Shown: piece after piece, positions 49,460 through 63,174 of the stretch | How positions within the stretch are numbered: the stretch's first letter is position 1 | How the letters are laid out: every line of letters starts with the position of its first letter | DNA from: Hormiphora californensis | Lineage: Eukaryota > Animalia > Ctenophora | DNA: 64,000 nucleotides | Assembly: GCA_020137815.1 (NCBI GenBank) | Contig: CM035362.1 | Coordinates: forward strand, 6,262,001-6,326,000 | Reading direction: 5' to 3' | Made by a program: the position numbers and the translations under genes | Notes under the pieces: model-generated | Seen by the model: the letters and a program-made list of their open reading frames with translations, nothing else | Databases searched by the model: none | Told to the model about the DNA's origin: nothing

Positions 49460-49652
49460 CACAGGCCAGAACACACAATCTTGAAGAATCGTATGTTCCC
49501 AGTACTCCATGCGGGACAGTAAAAACTCCGATCAGAACCTCACGAATCACAATTCTGATCCTTAACAACAGCTCCTCTCCACTTCCTGAGTTACATATTG
49601 CACACCACCACCCCTTCTCTTGTGTGTTCGTGTGGTAACTGAGGGATCAGAG

Positions 49653-52600
49653 ATGAGGATCTTTCTAGTATCACTACTGTAAGTTTCTATTTATTATTTT
49701 AATCAAAGTATAAACTATAGAACAGCCTACAAAATTCAAAGTTTTGACTTTGTAGCTTGGAGAATGAAGTTTCTCGGGATACGTATACTTTAATTTACCT
49801 TAATTAAAGCTAGAACAAAATTCACAATTTTGACTTTGTAGAATGAGGTTTCTCGGGAAACTGTACTGTCAAATTCCTTCCCAGATTGTGTGTGGTACTC
49901 CTTGCTGTTACAGCCGAGGCTAGATCCTCCAGAAGTCGAGGGAGAAGGGGAGATAGCAGTAGCAGAAGGAGGGGAGATAATAGGAGTAGTAGGAGACGCA
50001 GTAGTAACGATGAGGAAAAAGGTAGGTCGTATAATTTAGGAAATAATTTTCTAGGCTCCTGCAGCTGGGACAATGGGCTTGTAAGGTAACAGTTAAATTA
50101 CTGTTGGGCACTGCATTGGAATTTACAGTTACAAATTGAAACACTTAAACAACTTAAAGTGTTTCAATTTGTATCCAGCTCCCTCTATAACACACGGTCG
50201 AGCACTCTCGTGGCCGTCGCCGCCCCATTTTTGAATTTACAGTTGGTCCCTTGCTAGGAAGACTCATCGACCCCCTTCCTTCTAAATGTATCATATCAAT
50301 AACATATCTCCTTGCTAGATGAAGATATACATGGTGAACCCCTACTAACATATCTCCCCCTCTATTAGATGAAGATACGGATGGGGATATGGGTGAGGAT
50401 GGAGAGGAAGATAAAAAAGACGGATGGTCCGCTGAAGGAGCTGTCTTTGAGTGGAAAGATAGTGAGTAACATTTTCTTTTTATAGTTCTTTGTTGGAGTA
50501 TCAGCTGGCCAACATACAGAGTCATCTTGATTGAGCAATTACCAACTCCTTGTTGTTGGAGTACCGGCCCTCAAGTCAACATACCACATTTGACATCGCG
50601 TCTCTTTCATGCTGTAGATAAGTATACCTAGCTTTACGATCCCTAACCACCCCCTTACATTAGAACCTATAGCTGTCTGTCCGATCCCTAACCACCCCCT
50701 TTCATTAGTACCTAGCTTTACGATCCCTAACCACGTCCTCTTTCAGATGAGTACCTGGCTGTTGGACATCATGTCAGTGTGTATGATGCGGAGGCCGCGT
50801 GTGTCAGCTGGGGAGGTCACCTGGTTTCTATCCACAGTATTGCAGAGAACAACCTTGTGAAGGTACGTGTGATTTGTTAAGTGAAAACAATCTCGTTAAG
50901 GTACGTGTGATTTGTTATGTGAGAACAATATCTCGTGTAATGATAAAACATGGCACTAGGGATATAGAGAACAACCTCGTCAGGTAGGATAGAACATGAC
51001 ACGAGGGATATGTTTTAGTTCATTTTCTTTATTTTGTTCTGAATTATTCAGTGAATTAGTTGCTCCGAATATGTGTCAGCGTGATGCCTGTTGTTAATTA
51101 TACCCTCCCCACTTCATCCCTCCGGTTTAGTTGTTATTCATCCCGCCCTTTTAGAACTCACCCTATAACTCCTTCAGAACCATCTGAGAACTCACCCCCC
51201 CACCTCACTCACTCTAACTCCTTTTAGAACCACCTGAGGAGCAACTATGGCTGGATTGGTGTTAATGATGTTGCACAAGAAGGGGTCTACAAGAACATGG
51301 ACGGGACTCCCTTCGATTATCACTCTTATGCCCGAGTACGTATAAGTTGTATGTATCATAAGCAAACCCGAATAAACTAAAACCCAAGCTTCTAACTTGT
51401 CAGAGAATCATGGCCACATTGCTTCTATAACTTGTATTTGTACATGCAGGGTCAACCTAACAACTACAGAAACGAAGATTACACCATCATCAAGGATAGT
51501 GGAGCTTGGTAAGTGCGCATCCATCCCCTGCTGGAAAAAGATCGTACAAACTGCTCGATATGATAGGATCCTCTTAGCATCATATTAACAACCAGTCCCC
51601 TGCAATTCATGGCTTAGCATCACTTTCAATAAACCCCATCAACCCCCATCAGCTTGAGATGAATCATACCCCTCTGCAGAGTGTGAATCTGGGATATGAA
51701 TCATCTCACACATTTTGTTGTAGGGTTCACATGTAACCCCCATCTATTATGCAGGTATGATTCCGGACCGCCCCGGAGGGACCATCCTTTTGGACCAGTC
51801 CACGGGTATGTCTGTAAGAGAGAGAAGGTTGAGGAAGAGGTCATTCCAGATGAGTATAGCTGCTTTGAAGACATCAAGAATTTTAACGTGAGTCCACCAT
51901 AATCCAGCTGGGGGACTGCACTCACTGTTATACTGAAGTTTGTGGTGCAACGTTACTGGCGTCCGCACCGCGGTGCTGAATGTGGTCCACCAATGTCCTT
52001 CTAATGTTTGGGCTGTCGTAAATCGGGATTGTGTGTCGATTAGAGTCTATACTGTAGAAGCAACTCAACATTCCAATATGTTGGTTACCACTAACTTCTC
52101 ATATTTCTCAGGTGTTTGAGTGTGCTAACAGTAGAGTTGGAGCGTGGAGTGGCTTCTCAACCATTACAAGCAGAGACCGGCCATCTGGGACCTCTGAGTT
52201 GTGTGTTGCTGCTGCCAATGGAACTCTCTCTAGAGAGAGACATGTCCCTGACAGTGATACTTACATCTTTACAGCTACACTCGAGGTACACGTGAACATG
52301 ATAATATAACATTATAACACTAGGGGTAGTACAACACGTGAAACAACATGGTACCTTGAATAACTTGTATAATTCATCTGGTTACCATTCCACCTGGAAT
52401 ATATCATGGATGTCCGCGTTTATTACACCCCCCCCCCTAAAACTAGCAGCGAATTAAACCTTTATCCCCTCAGAACATCGACGGATATATGGGATATGAG
52501 AGTAGAGGCCACCTTGGTCTCGCCTTCAACATCCACGACGAGAACCACTTTGACTTCATCTACTTCCGGTTAGTGTAAAAGTAGTAGAGTCCATGGCACA

Positions 52601-55600
52601 CAATGAATTCTACTTCATCTACTTCCGTGTGAAAGTAGGTTAGAGCTCACATAAGATGGGTACTGGGAGATTTCATTGCTCGCTGGAGATGAATAGACAA
52701 CAGTGACTACTACTACAGAAACTACAGATGAAATTGTCAGATTGATTTTAAATTACTGATTATTATTACTCTTTTCTCTGCAGGGTAAATACACCCCGAC
52801 ACTGTTTCTCCACGGGTTACAAGGATGGAGCTACAGTGCAAGTAACTAAGAGTGGAGAGTGCAGTGGGGTTGATATTCAGGGAAGAGATGAGCTGCATCT
52901 GGTTGCCATAGTTACCGGGCACACCGTACAGGTAATAGTGGTTGTCATAGTTACCGGGCACACCGTACAGGTTAGTGGTTGCCATAGTTACCGGGCACAC
53001 CGTACAGGTTAGGTCTAATTAGGGGTTTGTAATTATTATTATAAGACAAAGTATCAGTAACAGGTTCTTTTAAAACCGATGAACCTAGGGCCAGGGCCCA
53101 TGAGTTATTGAGTTTAATCAAAACTAGCTCGTTGAGCAGTTATTCCAGAATTTGGATTAGAATTAAAACTCAACGTCTTCCATTATCAGATCAAGGCTGA
53201 TGGGAAGGCCATCGCTAGCTACACATCACGTTTCTCGGGACTCAATGTAGCCGGAGCTCTGACAAGGTAACGTGCTCTGACAAGGTAACGTTAAATATTA
53301 TAATTGTAATTCAACTTGTATATGAGGAAACATTAGACACTATAGTTGTAATTTAACTTGTATATATCCTCCATCAATTCATTCACGAAATCACAAGTGT
53401 CGACCACATCGCATTGACGCTAGTCGCGATAGTCGCAATTTGGTTGATGGTTCCTCTAACCCGGCACCTATTTTAGAGTTTTCAATTTAATTTTAATTAC
53501 ATTAATCCCCCAATAAATTACAGGAATGGACTGTATTTCAAACAGAACAAGATTGGTTTCAAGAGTGTTACACTGTGCCAAGAGGTTCAGTGCAAACTGG
53601 AAGTGGACGGCAAGGTCAAAACTCTTAACTTTGGGGAAACTGTCAAAACAAGGAAATGTGAAAGTTGCACGTGTAAAAAGTTCGGCCAGGTATGTCATGT
53701 GTTTGTTGACGGATTCTGGTGGAAGTGGTCAACAGATGATTCTGTTTCGTTTGTACGACTGTACGTAACGTGCGTAGTATTCAGTTTTAGTGTCCCCTTT
53801 CCCTCTCTCGCGTTTTTAGAACATAATCTCCTGCCGGGTACTAATAGTTTCCATAGGTTTAATAACCACCATTCCAATTCAGGTTGACTGCAAGTGTGAT
53901 GATCAGGATCATATAAAATGTTCCTCAGATGAAGTTGAGAAATACGACAAGGAGTGCTGCAAAAAGTGAGAACTGATATTTCAATCACATCAATATAGCC
54001 TTTATATGAATCAAGTGGAGAAATTACTTCTGTCGTCTGAATTAACCATTTCCTCTTTTCAGGTGTGTTCCAAAGCCAGGTATATGCCGGATTTCTGGGG
54101 ACCCACACTACTACACATTCGACCATATTTGGCATCATTTCATGGTAAATACAGTCGGATCCCGATTTAAAGGCACCATAAATTTATATTAGTTACTAGA
54201 CAATGCCAACGCAACATGTAATGTACATATTGTACCATACAAGTTATTGGTATCAACTGAATTACTAGTACTTATGTCAATCAATGTTGGTATCAACTGT
54301 TTCTTATGGTAATCAACCATACAAGTTATTGGCGTTAACGTATGATCCCTCAATTGTTCCCAGGGTGTCTGCAAGTACGTCCTGGTAAAGACAGCTGATT
54401 TTGAAATTCACGGAGGGAATAACTACAGAAATGGGAATACACAGGTAATTAATTACTTATTAATTTATTAACTAATTATTAAGTAGTAAGATTAGGAAGA
54501 ATTAGACACGCCCAAAAGTAATTGAATTAATATACTGACAGAGGAGCGTTATTCTCAGGTGAGCTGGACGAAAGAGGTGTTTGTTGAATACAAAGGAGTG
54601 GAATACAACATGAAACTCTCCAAAGTATTCAGTGTAAGTTGATTAGCAACCATCATTGTAACCATTGTAACCATGGTAACCAGTCTAGGAGTTATAGAGG
54701 TAACCATGGTAACATGATTTATTGCAGGTTGACGATGTCCAGAAGATCATTCCTTACCGTAAAGCCTACCCTGATGGCAGTGTAGTGGACGTCAGGTGGG
54801 ATACGGGGAGGCGGATGGGGTGGGGTGGGGTGTTGGGGGGAGGGCGGGCGGGGCGGGGTGGTGGGGCGGAGGGTAGTAATCTGAATTCTGAGAGGTGTAT
54901 ATCGGAAGGATATAGTCAATTACATAAAAACTGAATTTCAATTAAAGCTATGAACTTCACTGTGCCAATGATTCGCCCCAAATGATTTCAGAATGGTTGG
55001 ATCCCGAATCTATTTCAAGATTTTGAAAGACAGAGAAGAGCTGGTTAGGGTCCAATGGGATGGAGTCCACTATGTCAGGATTGATGTCAGTGGAGAGTAC
55101 AAAGACACAACACAGGGTGAGTGGCTTGTTGCTATGGTAACTATGACAAGTGTTGTAACCATGGTAACCATGGTAACTATGACAAGTGTTGTAACCATGG
55201 TAACCATGGTAACTATGACAAGTGTTGTAACCATGGTAACCATGGTAACTATGGTAACTATGACAAGTGTTGTAACCATGGTAACCATGGTAACTATGAC
55301 AAGTGTTGTAACCATGGTAACCATGGTAACTGTGCAGGTCTGTGTGGTACATGGACGAGTATACGATGAGAGATGGATCCCTCACAACCGACCTGAACGA
55401 ATTTGGAAATAGCTGGAAAGAAAAGGACGATGAGGTTTGTAATATTAAAAGGACAAGTAGAGAGGAGAGTTTGTTACTTTAACTAAGAGAACAATGAATA
55501 ACAACAACAGGCCCTCAACAGGGTTCTTCAGAAATGAGCATGAGATCATATCATAATCAACTTTATCATAACATAACAACTCTATCATTTCAGTTCTGTC

Positions 55601-58600
55601 CTGATCCACCTCCTCCACCCCACGCTTGTGATGATGTGCCGGAGTGGTGGGATATTGCCCGAGCTGTCTGTAACAAACTTAACGGTATGAGTACATTCCC
55701 ATTTGATTTACTGTTAAAATCCATGCAGCTCTTCAACAATTGTTTCCTCTTCAGGAACTGATTTCTCCTCCTGTCATCCTCTTGTTGATATCGATGGTTC
55801 CTACGAATCATGTCTTACTGACGTGTGCATGTGTGGCGGAGACAGGTAAGATATATAACGGCCCTTTTAAGGTAGTTTGCACGCCCAAATATGGTCATAA
55901 TGCCCAAATATGGTGTTGTATCATTTCCATATTTGGTAATATTTGCAGGAACTGTGGATGTCCCTCGGTGGAGGCGTACGCAGATGAGTGTGCTCAAAAT
56001 GGAATTGATACAAGATGGAGAACGAACGACTTTTGTCGTAAGTATAAGACTCAAATACTACGTAGACTCAAATGCCAAAAGATTCTCTTCCCTCCTTTTT
56101 CCACCCCCCCCCCCCGCTTTCTTTTCTTCCCACAGCATTAACCACCCAACCCCTCCCCATTCAGCATTATCCACCCCATTCCTATACAGCATTAACCACC
56201 CTCACCCTCCCCATTCAGCATTGGAGTGTGAGTCAGGATTCCATTATAATCACTGTGGATCTGAGTGTGTGGCAACGTGTAGTGACCCCGATCCCGACTG
56301 TGATCCTACCATCTGTGTTGAAGGTATAATGTGTGTGTGTGATTCTGTAAGGATCCTGTTAGGATACTATCCTATTGGGTTTCCATCCTATATTTCCTGC
56401 TGGAATCCCCTATAATATTTCTCTTCCTCCAATCCCATCTATTTCGCCTCCCATCCCCTATATTTTTATATTTCGCCTCCCATCCCCTATATATTTCCTC
56501 GTCCCCCTAGGTTGTTTCTATCCACATCCGGCCTACATCTCTCTTTCTCCTAGGTTGTTTCTAATACCCACCTCCCTACATCTCTCTTCCTCTCAGGTTG
56601 TTTCTTATACCCACCTCCGGCCTACATCTCTCTTCCTCCTAGGTTGTTTCTAATACCCACCTCCCTACATCTCTCTTCCTCTCAGGTTGTTTCTTATACC
56701 CACCTCCCTACATCTCTCTTCCTCTCAGGTTGTTTCTTATACCCACCTCCGGCCTACATCTCTCTTCCTCCTAGGTTGTTTCTAATACCCACCTCCCTAC
56801 ATCTCTCTTCCTCTCAGGTTGTTTCTTATACCCACATCCGGCCTACATCTCTCTTCCTCCTAGGTTGTTTCTAATACCCACCTCCGGCCTACATCTCTCT
56901 TCCTCAGGTTGTTTCTGTCCGGAGGGGAAACTGTTCCTGGATGACACCTGTGTAGCACCCTCAGATTGTGTGTGCGTTCACGAAGGGGAGATACGGCAGG
57001 TAAGAGGTCATTTGATAAGTAGAGATAGGGGATCAGGTCCGCTATTCGTTGTCACGTATCATTTGATAGCAAGGGGATATTGATCTATTGATCCTGAACC
57101 AGATTATTACAAATCCTATTATCGATTAGTAACTGCATAACAACTCACCTAATTAATTCAATTCACCTGTAGATTGGTGAAAGATGGGAGAATGAGGAGA
57201 CCTGTCAGACCTGCACCTGTCTATCAGCTGGCAGTGTGTCATGGTTACCATAGCAACTACATAACAACACCTACTATTATTAGATTGGTGAAAGATGGGA
57301 GAACGATGAAACCTGTCAGACCTGCACCTGTCTATCAGCTGGCAGCGTGACCTGTAATGCAACTGTGTGTCCTGAGTGTCCGGATGATCACATTCCAATC
57401 GTAGTAGACGAGGAGGCGTGTTGTCCACAGTGTGTAACAGGTAAGGAGGCGTGCTGTCCACAGTGTGTAACAGGTAAGGAGGCGTGCTGTCCACAGTGTG
57501 TAACAGGTAAGGAGGCGTGCTGTCCACAGTGTGTAACAGGTAAGGAGGCGTGCTGTCCACAGTGTGTAACAGGTAAGGAGGCGTGCTGTCCACAGTGTGT
57601 AACAGGTAAGGAGGCGTGCTGTCCACAGTGTGTAACAGGTAAGGAGGCGTGCTGTCCACAGTGTGTAACAGGTAAGGAGGCGTGTTGTCCACAGTGTGTA
57701 ACAGGTAAGGAGGCGTGCTGTCCACAGTGTGTAACAGGTAAGGAGGCGTGTTGTCCACAGTGTGTAACAGGTAAGGAGGCGTGCTGTCCACAGTGTGTAA
57801 CAGGTAAGGAGGCGTGCTGTCCACAGTGTGTCACAGGTAAGGAGGCGTGCTGTCCACAGTGTGTAACAGGTAAGGAGGCGTGCTGTCCACAGTGTGTAAC
57901 AGGTAAGGAGGCGTGCTGTCCACAGTGTGTAACAGGTAAGGAGGCGTGTTGTCCACAGTGTGTCACAGGTAAGGAGGCGTGCTGTCCACAGTGTGTCACA
58001 GGTAAGGAGGCGTGCTGTCCACAGTGTGTAACAGGTAAGGAGGCGTGCTGTCCACAGTGTGTAACAGGTAAGGAGGCGTGCTGTCCACAGTGTGTCACAG
58101 GTAAGGAGGCGTGCTGTCCACAGTGTGTCACAGGTAAGGAGGCGTGTTGTCCACAGTGTGTAACAGGTAAGGAGGCGTGCTGTCCACAGTGTGTAACAGG
58201 TAAGGAGGCGTGCTGTCCACAGTGTGTAACAGGTAAGGAGGCGTGCTGTCCACAGTGTGTAACAGGTAAGGAGGCGTGCTGTCCACAGTGTGTAACAGGT
58301 AAGGAGGCGTGTTGTCCACAGTGTGTAACAGGTAAGGAGGCGTGTTGTCCACAGTGTGTAACAGGTAAGGAGGCGTGTTGTCCACAGTGTGTAACAGGTA
58401 AGGAGGCGTGCTGTCCACAGTGTGTCACAGGTAAGGAGGCGTGCTGTCCACAGTGTGTAACAGGTAAGGAGGCGTGCTGTCCACAGTGTGTAACAGGTAA
58501 GGAGGCGTGCTGTCCACAGTGTGTAACAGGTAAGGAGGCGTGCTGTCCACAGTGTGTAACAGGTAAGGAGGCGTGTTGTCCACAGTGTGTCACAGGTAAG

Positions 58601-61600
58601 GAGGCGTGCTGTCCACAGTGTGTCACAGGTAAGGAGGCGTGCTGTCCACAGTGTGTAACAGGTAAGGAGGCGTGCTGTCCACAGTGTGTAACAGGTAAGG
58701 AGGCGTGCTGTCCACAGTGTGTCACAGGTAAGGAGGCGTGCTGTCCACAGTGTGTCACAGGTAAGGAGGCGTGCTGTCCACAGTGTGTCACAGGTAAGGA
58801 GGCGTGCTGTCCACAGTGTGTAACAGGTAAGGAGGCGTGCTGTCCACAGTGTGTAACAGGTAAGGAGGCGTGCTGTCCACAGTGTGTAACAGGTAAGGAG
58901 GCGTGTTGTCCACAGTGTGTAACAGGTAAGGAGGCGTGCTGTCCACAGTGTGTAACAGGTAAGGAGGCGTGTTGTCCACAGTGTGTAACAGGTAAGGAGG
59001 CGTGCTGTCCACAGTGTGTAACAGGTAAGGAGGCGTGCTGTCCACAGTGTGTCACAGGTAAGGAGGCGTGCTGTCCACAGTGTGTAACAGGTAAGGAGGC
59101 GTGCTGTCCACAGTGTGTCACAGGTAAGGAGGCGTGCTGTCCACAGTGTGTAACAGGTAAGGAGGCGTGCTGTCCACAGTGTGTAACAGGTAAGGAGGCG
59201 TGCTGTCCACAGTGTGTAACAGGTAAGGAGGCGTGCTGTCCACAGTGTGTCACAGGTAAGGAGGCGTGCTGTCCACAGTGTGTAACAGGTAAGGAGGCGT
59301 GCTGTCCACAGTGTGTAACAGGTAAGGAGGCGTGCTGTCCACAGTGTGTCACAGGTAAGGAGGCGTGCTGTCCACAGTGTGTAACAGGTAAGGAGGCGTG
59401 CTGTCCACAGTGTGTAACAGGTAAGGAGGCGTGCTGTCCACAGTGTGTAACAGGTAAGGAGGCGTGCTGTCCACAGTGTGTAACAGGTAAGGAGGCGTGC
59501 TGTCCACAGTGTGTCACAGGTAAGGAGGCGTGCTGTCCACAGTGTGTCACAGGTAAGGAGGCGTGCTGTCCACAGTGTGTCACAGGTGTGTACGGATGAC
59601 AGACTTGGCCCGTTTTGATGGAATTCATCATTTCCAATTCCTCGATCTAAGCTTCTAGGTTCTTTAATGTAATTTCATTATATCCAGTACCGAGTTCCCC
59701 CTCATATTCCCACCCTCCTAGTAGGCTCCTAGGCTCCCACCCTCTTACCTAGAAGTTCCCACCAGCTAGAGAGTGGAGTTAGAAGAACCTCTTCCCTCGT
59801 ATATTTCCACTCATATAGTCCTCTATAACCCTCATATATTCACAGATTGGTTGGTTGCCCGTAACGACAAGACAGAGTTCACCAGTAAGGTTGGAGAGTC
59901 AGTAACTCTAGCTGTAGACATCCACCTCCCCATCAAACTTCCATCCAGGAACTTCAAGTGGGAAAAGAGGAGGGAGAGTGACGGTCTTATGGCCAAGAAA
60001 TTCGAGTAAGATCTATATTTTCACCATCTGTAGAATATGAAATGCATACATTTTGATCATGATCACCAGCACAAACCTAGTCTTATAGTTCCCAGGAACC
60101 GACTGACACAAGTAAAAAACCAATCAGAACTCGTTATTTAGGTCACGTGACTGGTTATCAGCCAATCAGGGACCAGTATTTCCTCTCACATTTCCCCTCA
60201 GCATATCCGATGATGGGACATCTCTAACTATCAATGATTTGACACTGTCCGATGAGGGAGGATATAGAGTTAGAGTTTGTGTTGACAACAGTAACTGTGG
60301 AAGCATTGAATTCAGTCTGAGTGTCACGCAGAACGTGCTAGTTCCTGTTAATGCGGTAAGAACCAATCAGATCTCTCCGATAGACTGTCCAATAGACTGT
60401 CACGCGTGATGCGAGACCGGCAATTATAGCTGCGCAGCTGCGTGAATCGCCCCTAAAGGTGTCAGGTGATATAGAATTAAACAATTTGAATCATTCTCCC
60501 AGCATCAAATCATTATTAATATCATTCTCCCAGCATCAAATCATTATTAATATCATTCTCCCAGCATCAAATCATTATTAATACCATTCTCCCAGCATCA
60601 AATCATTATTAATATCTTTCTCCCAGTATCAAATCATTATTAATGTCTTTCTCCCAGCATCAAAAAATTTGTATCATTCTCCCAGCATCAAACGGTAACA
60701 GAGTTGGAGTCCGTTACGTTTGAAGTTGAGGTGTTTGTGGAGCCTCAGCCGGAATGGCAGCATCTCATGTGGATGTCAGAGGCTGACGGAGACATGTTAC
60801 CTCCAAAGAGCGGTAAGGAATGACAATACATTATTGTACCTGTACTGTTGTAATAATGGTTTTTGATGAGCTGATTTAAATTGAGTGTAATTCTCCACAT
60901 CCTTGTAGGTCGAGTAAAGGCAGGAAATTCCCGGAGGACAATCACCATCAGTAGCATTACAAAAGAAGATGAAGGTAAGTAGCCCATTAAAACATATAGT
61001 CATTTTATATATCCAAAATTGGTATGCCATGCACAACATCGCACAACATATCTCTTTCTGTCTATCAGGTCGATACCAGTGCCGTTTGACCCTGGAAGAT
61101 GGTTCAGTGTACACAGCGGACTTCAAACTGACAGTAAAAAAGAGTGATGAGGTGATCCTATCTCCTGTAGAATCACCTGTCACAGCCCTGCACAGCAGCA
61201 CAGTGACACTCGCAGTGAGTCATATAGATGTGCAATGTGTCAGTATACAGTATATTTGCCAGTATACATATTTCATGTGATGTGTCAGACCATGGATCAT
61301 GTTGTAAACATGGTTATTTCGTAGTCACAATTAGTTTTCTGTATAATAATAACATAATGCAATAATAATTCTTGTTCTGTACGGTCTTCTTTTAGTATTT
61401 TCCAACCCAATTACAAATTTCCATTTTAGGTCAAAACAACGATAGCAAATGTTCCACCTAATTCCTTTACCTGGATTCGTAACGAGCAGTACATTAATCC
61501 TGACAGTGGGGACAACAAGTACAGGTAACATTGTTACCATAGCAACACATAGCAAACTCAACGTGTTACCATAGCAATTTACCATTGTTAGTAAGACTCT

Positions 61601-63174
61601 AATTTGGAATGCTAACCCCCCTACAATTTCTATGACTATTAATTTCACACAAATGTTATCACATCATTCCCATAGGTTTGCTAACTACAGAAAGGGCCTA
61701 GTAATTAAAGATGTAACAGCGGCTGATGCTGGCGAGTATACTGCTCAGATGATGTACGGGAAGATTCACGAAAGGGCTGTGGTCCGTCTTATAGTCAGTT
61801 GTAAGTTTTATGAAGGAGTAAACAGCTTTATGAAGTAGTAAATAGCTTTATGAAGGAATAAACAGTTTTATGAAGAAGTAATTAGGTTTATGAAGGAGTA
61901 AATAGGTTTATGAAGGAGTAAACATGTTTATGAAGGAGTGAACATTCACATTTTCCCAGCTGCAGAAGTGAAGATAGTGGCGGAGAACACTCCACTAAAA
62001 ACAGTTGTCAACCAGAACGCTCACTTCCTGGTTTCTATAACGAGCAGTACTGGCAGTGTACCCTGGAAGACTATCGACTGGTACAAACTAGACGGTAATA
62101 ACACAATTTAATACTCGTTATAGCTGGTCTTGAACTTTATTCCTCGTAGGATTGAGTAACAAATAGAGTACATAGTCGCTAGACAATATGTACCTTATTT
62201 TCTAAATATCCATGTTTTCAGGGGCGGGTAAGCGAGTAAAGAAGTTAACACCTCCTGATAATGTGAAATACGCTACACCCAATTACAGAAGGAAACTTAC
62301 CATCAGAAATGTGCAACTTACTGACCAAGGTATTACATTCAATGCATTCCTTTATGTTCGGGTGGGTTTCTAACACTCATTCTGATTCAGACAAATGCAG
62401 ATTTATAAACTTCTTTAAATGCAGATTAGCTACCTCTAATCACCTACTACTAATTACACCTCTAATCACCTACTACTAGTACTACTAGTACTAATTACAC
62501 CTCTAATTACCTACTACTAATTACCTACCTCTAATTAATTTCAGGATTGTACGAGGTAGAGGTATCTCTCTAATCACCTACACCTCTAATCACCTACCTC
62601 TAATTAATTGCAGGATTGTACGAGGTAGAGGTATCTCACCAGGGAGTTAATTACACCTCTAATTACACTAATTACCTCTAATTAATTGCAGGATTGTACG
62701 AGGTAGAGGTATCTCATCAGGGAGTTAATTACACCTCTAATTATCTCTAATTACCTCTAATTAATTGCAGGACTGTACGAGGTAGAGGTATCTCACCAGG
62801 GAGTTAATTACACCTCTAATCACTTACTACTAATTACACCTCTAATTACCTACCTCTAATTAATTGCAGGACTGTACGAGGTAGAGGTATCTCTAATTAC
62901 CTACCTCTAATTAATTGCAGGATTGTACGAGGTAGAGGTATCTCTAATTACCTACCTCTAATTAATTGCAGGATTGTACGAGGTAGAGGTATCTCTAATT
63001 ACCTACCTCTAATTAATTGCAGGATTGTACGAGGTAGAGGTATCTCTAATTACCTACCTCTAATTAATTGCAGGATTGTACGAGGTAGAGGTATCTCACC
63101 AGGGAGTCAAAGTTTCTGAGAAAATGCAACTTACCGTTCTGGAATCTACCTTCCAAAGCTCCAGAGAGGAATAG
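49653..63174 (+). CDS. Large secreted multidomain protein: signal peptide, Arg/Ser then acidic linker, C-type lectin, ConA/LamG-like, VWC, VWD, C8, TIL, VWC, 4 Ig-like domains (~35 exons; frameshift in exon 55338-55434)
   Basis: Signal peptide MRIFLVSLLLCVVLLAVTAEA. CTL: AEAACVSWGGHLVSIHSIAEN...WIGVND...QPNN (50747-51887). VWD: CRISGDPHYYTFD...GLCGTW (54063-55434). C8/TIL Cys patterns (55594-56999). VWC: CQTCTC...CCPQC (57284-57440). Ig F-strands DEGGY, DEGRYQC, DAGEY, DQGLY (59846-63174). Stop TAG at 63172-63174. GT-AG junctions are phase-compatible apart from the frameshift. Confidence 0.85.
56495..56916 (+). repeat. ~43-46-bp array (~10 copies) of acceptor plus exon start (YAG|GTTGTTTCT)
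   Basis: The last copy opens exon 56907. Confidence 0.9.
57411..59587 (+). repeat. 33-bp tandem array (~66 copies) of exon end plus donor
   Basis: GAGGCGTGYTGTCCACAGTGTGTMACAG|GTAAG; the first copy is the end of the VWC exon. Confidence 0.97.
60489..60692 (+). repeat. 31-bp array (~7 copies) of acceptor plus exon start (CCCAG|CATCAAA)
   Basis: The last copy opens exon 60686. Confidence 0.9.
62425..63108 (+). repeat. Array (~9 copies) of branch-point-like CTAAT region, acceptor and start of last exon
   Basis: CTCTAATTAATTGCAG|GAYTGTACGAGGTAGAGGTATCTC; the last copy opens exon 63074. Confidence 0.95.

Noticed and set aside
50055-50085. Possible small exon GSCSWDNGLV
   Set aside because: Its exit phases are incompatible with the next exon at 50369.
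57347-59637. 750-aa and 749-aa ORFs as standalone genes
   Set aside because: They are by-products of a 33-bp junction array. Only the first unit is securely exonic, and the antisense ORF is a shadow.
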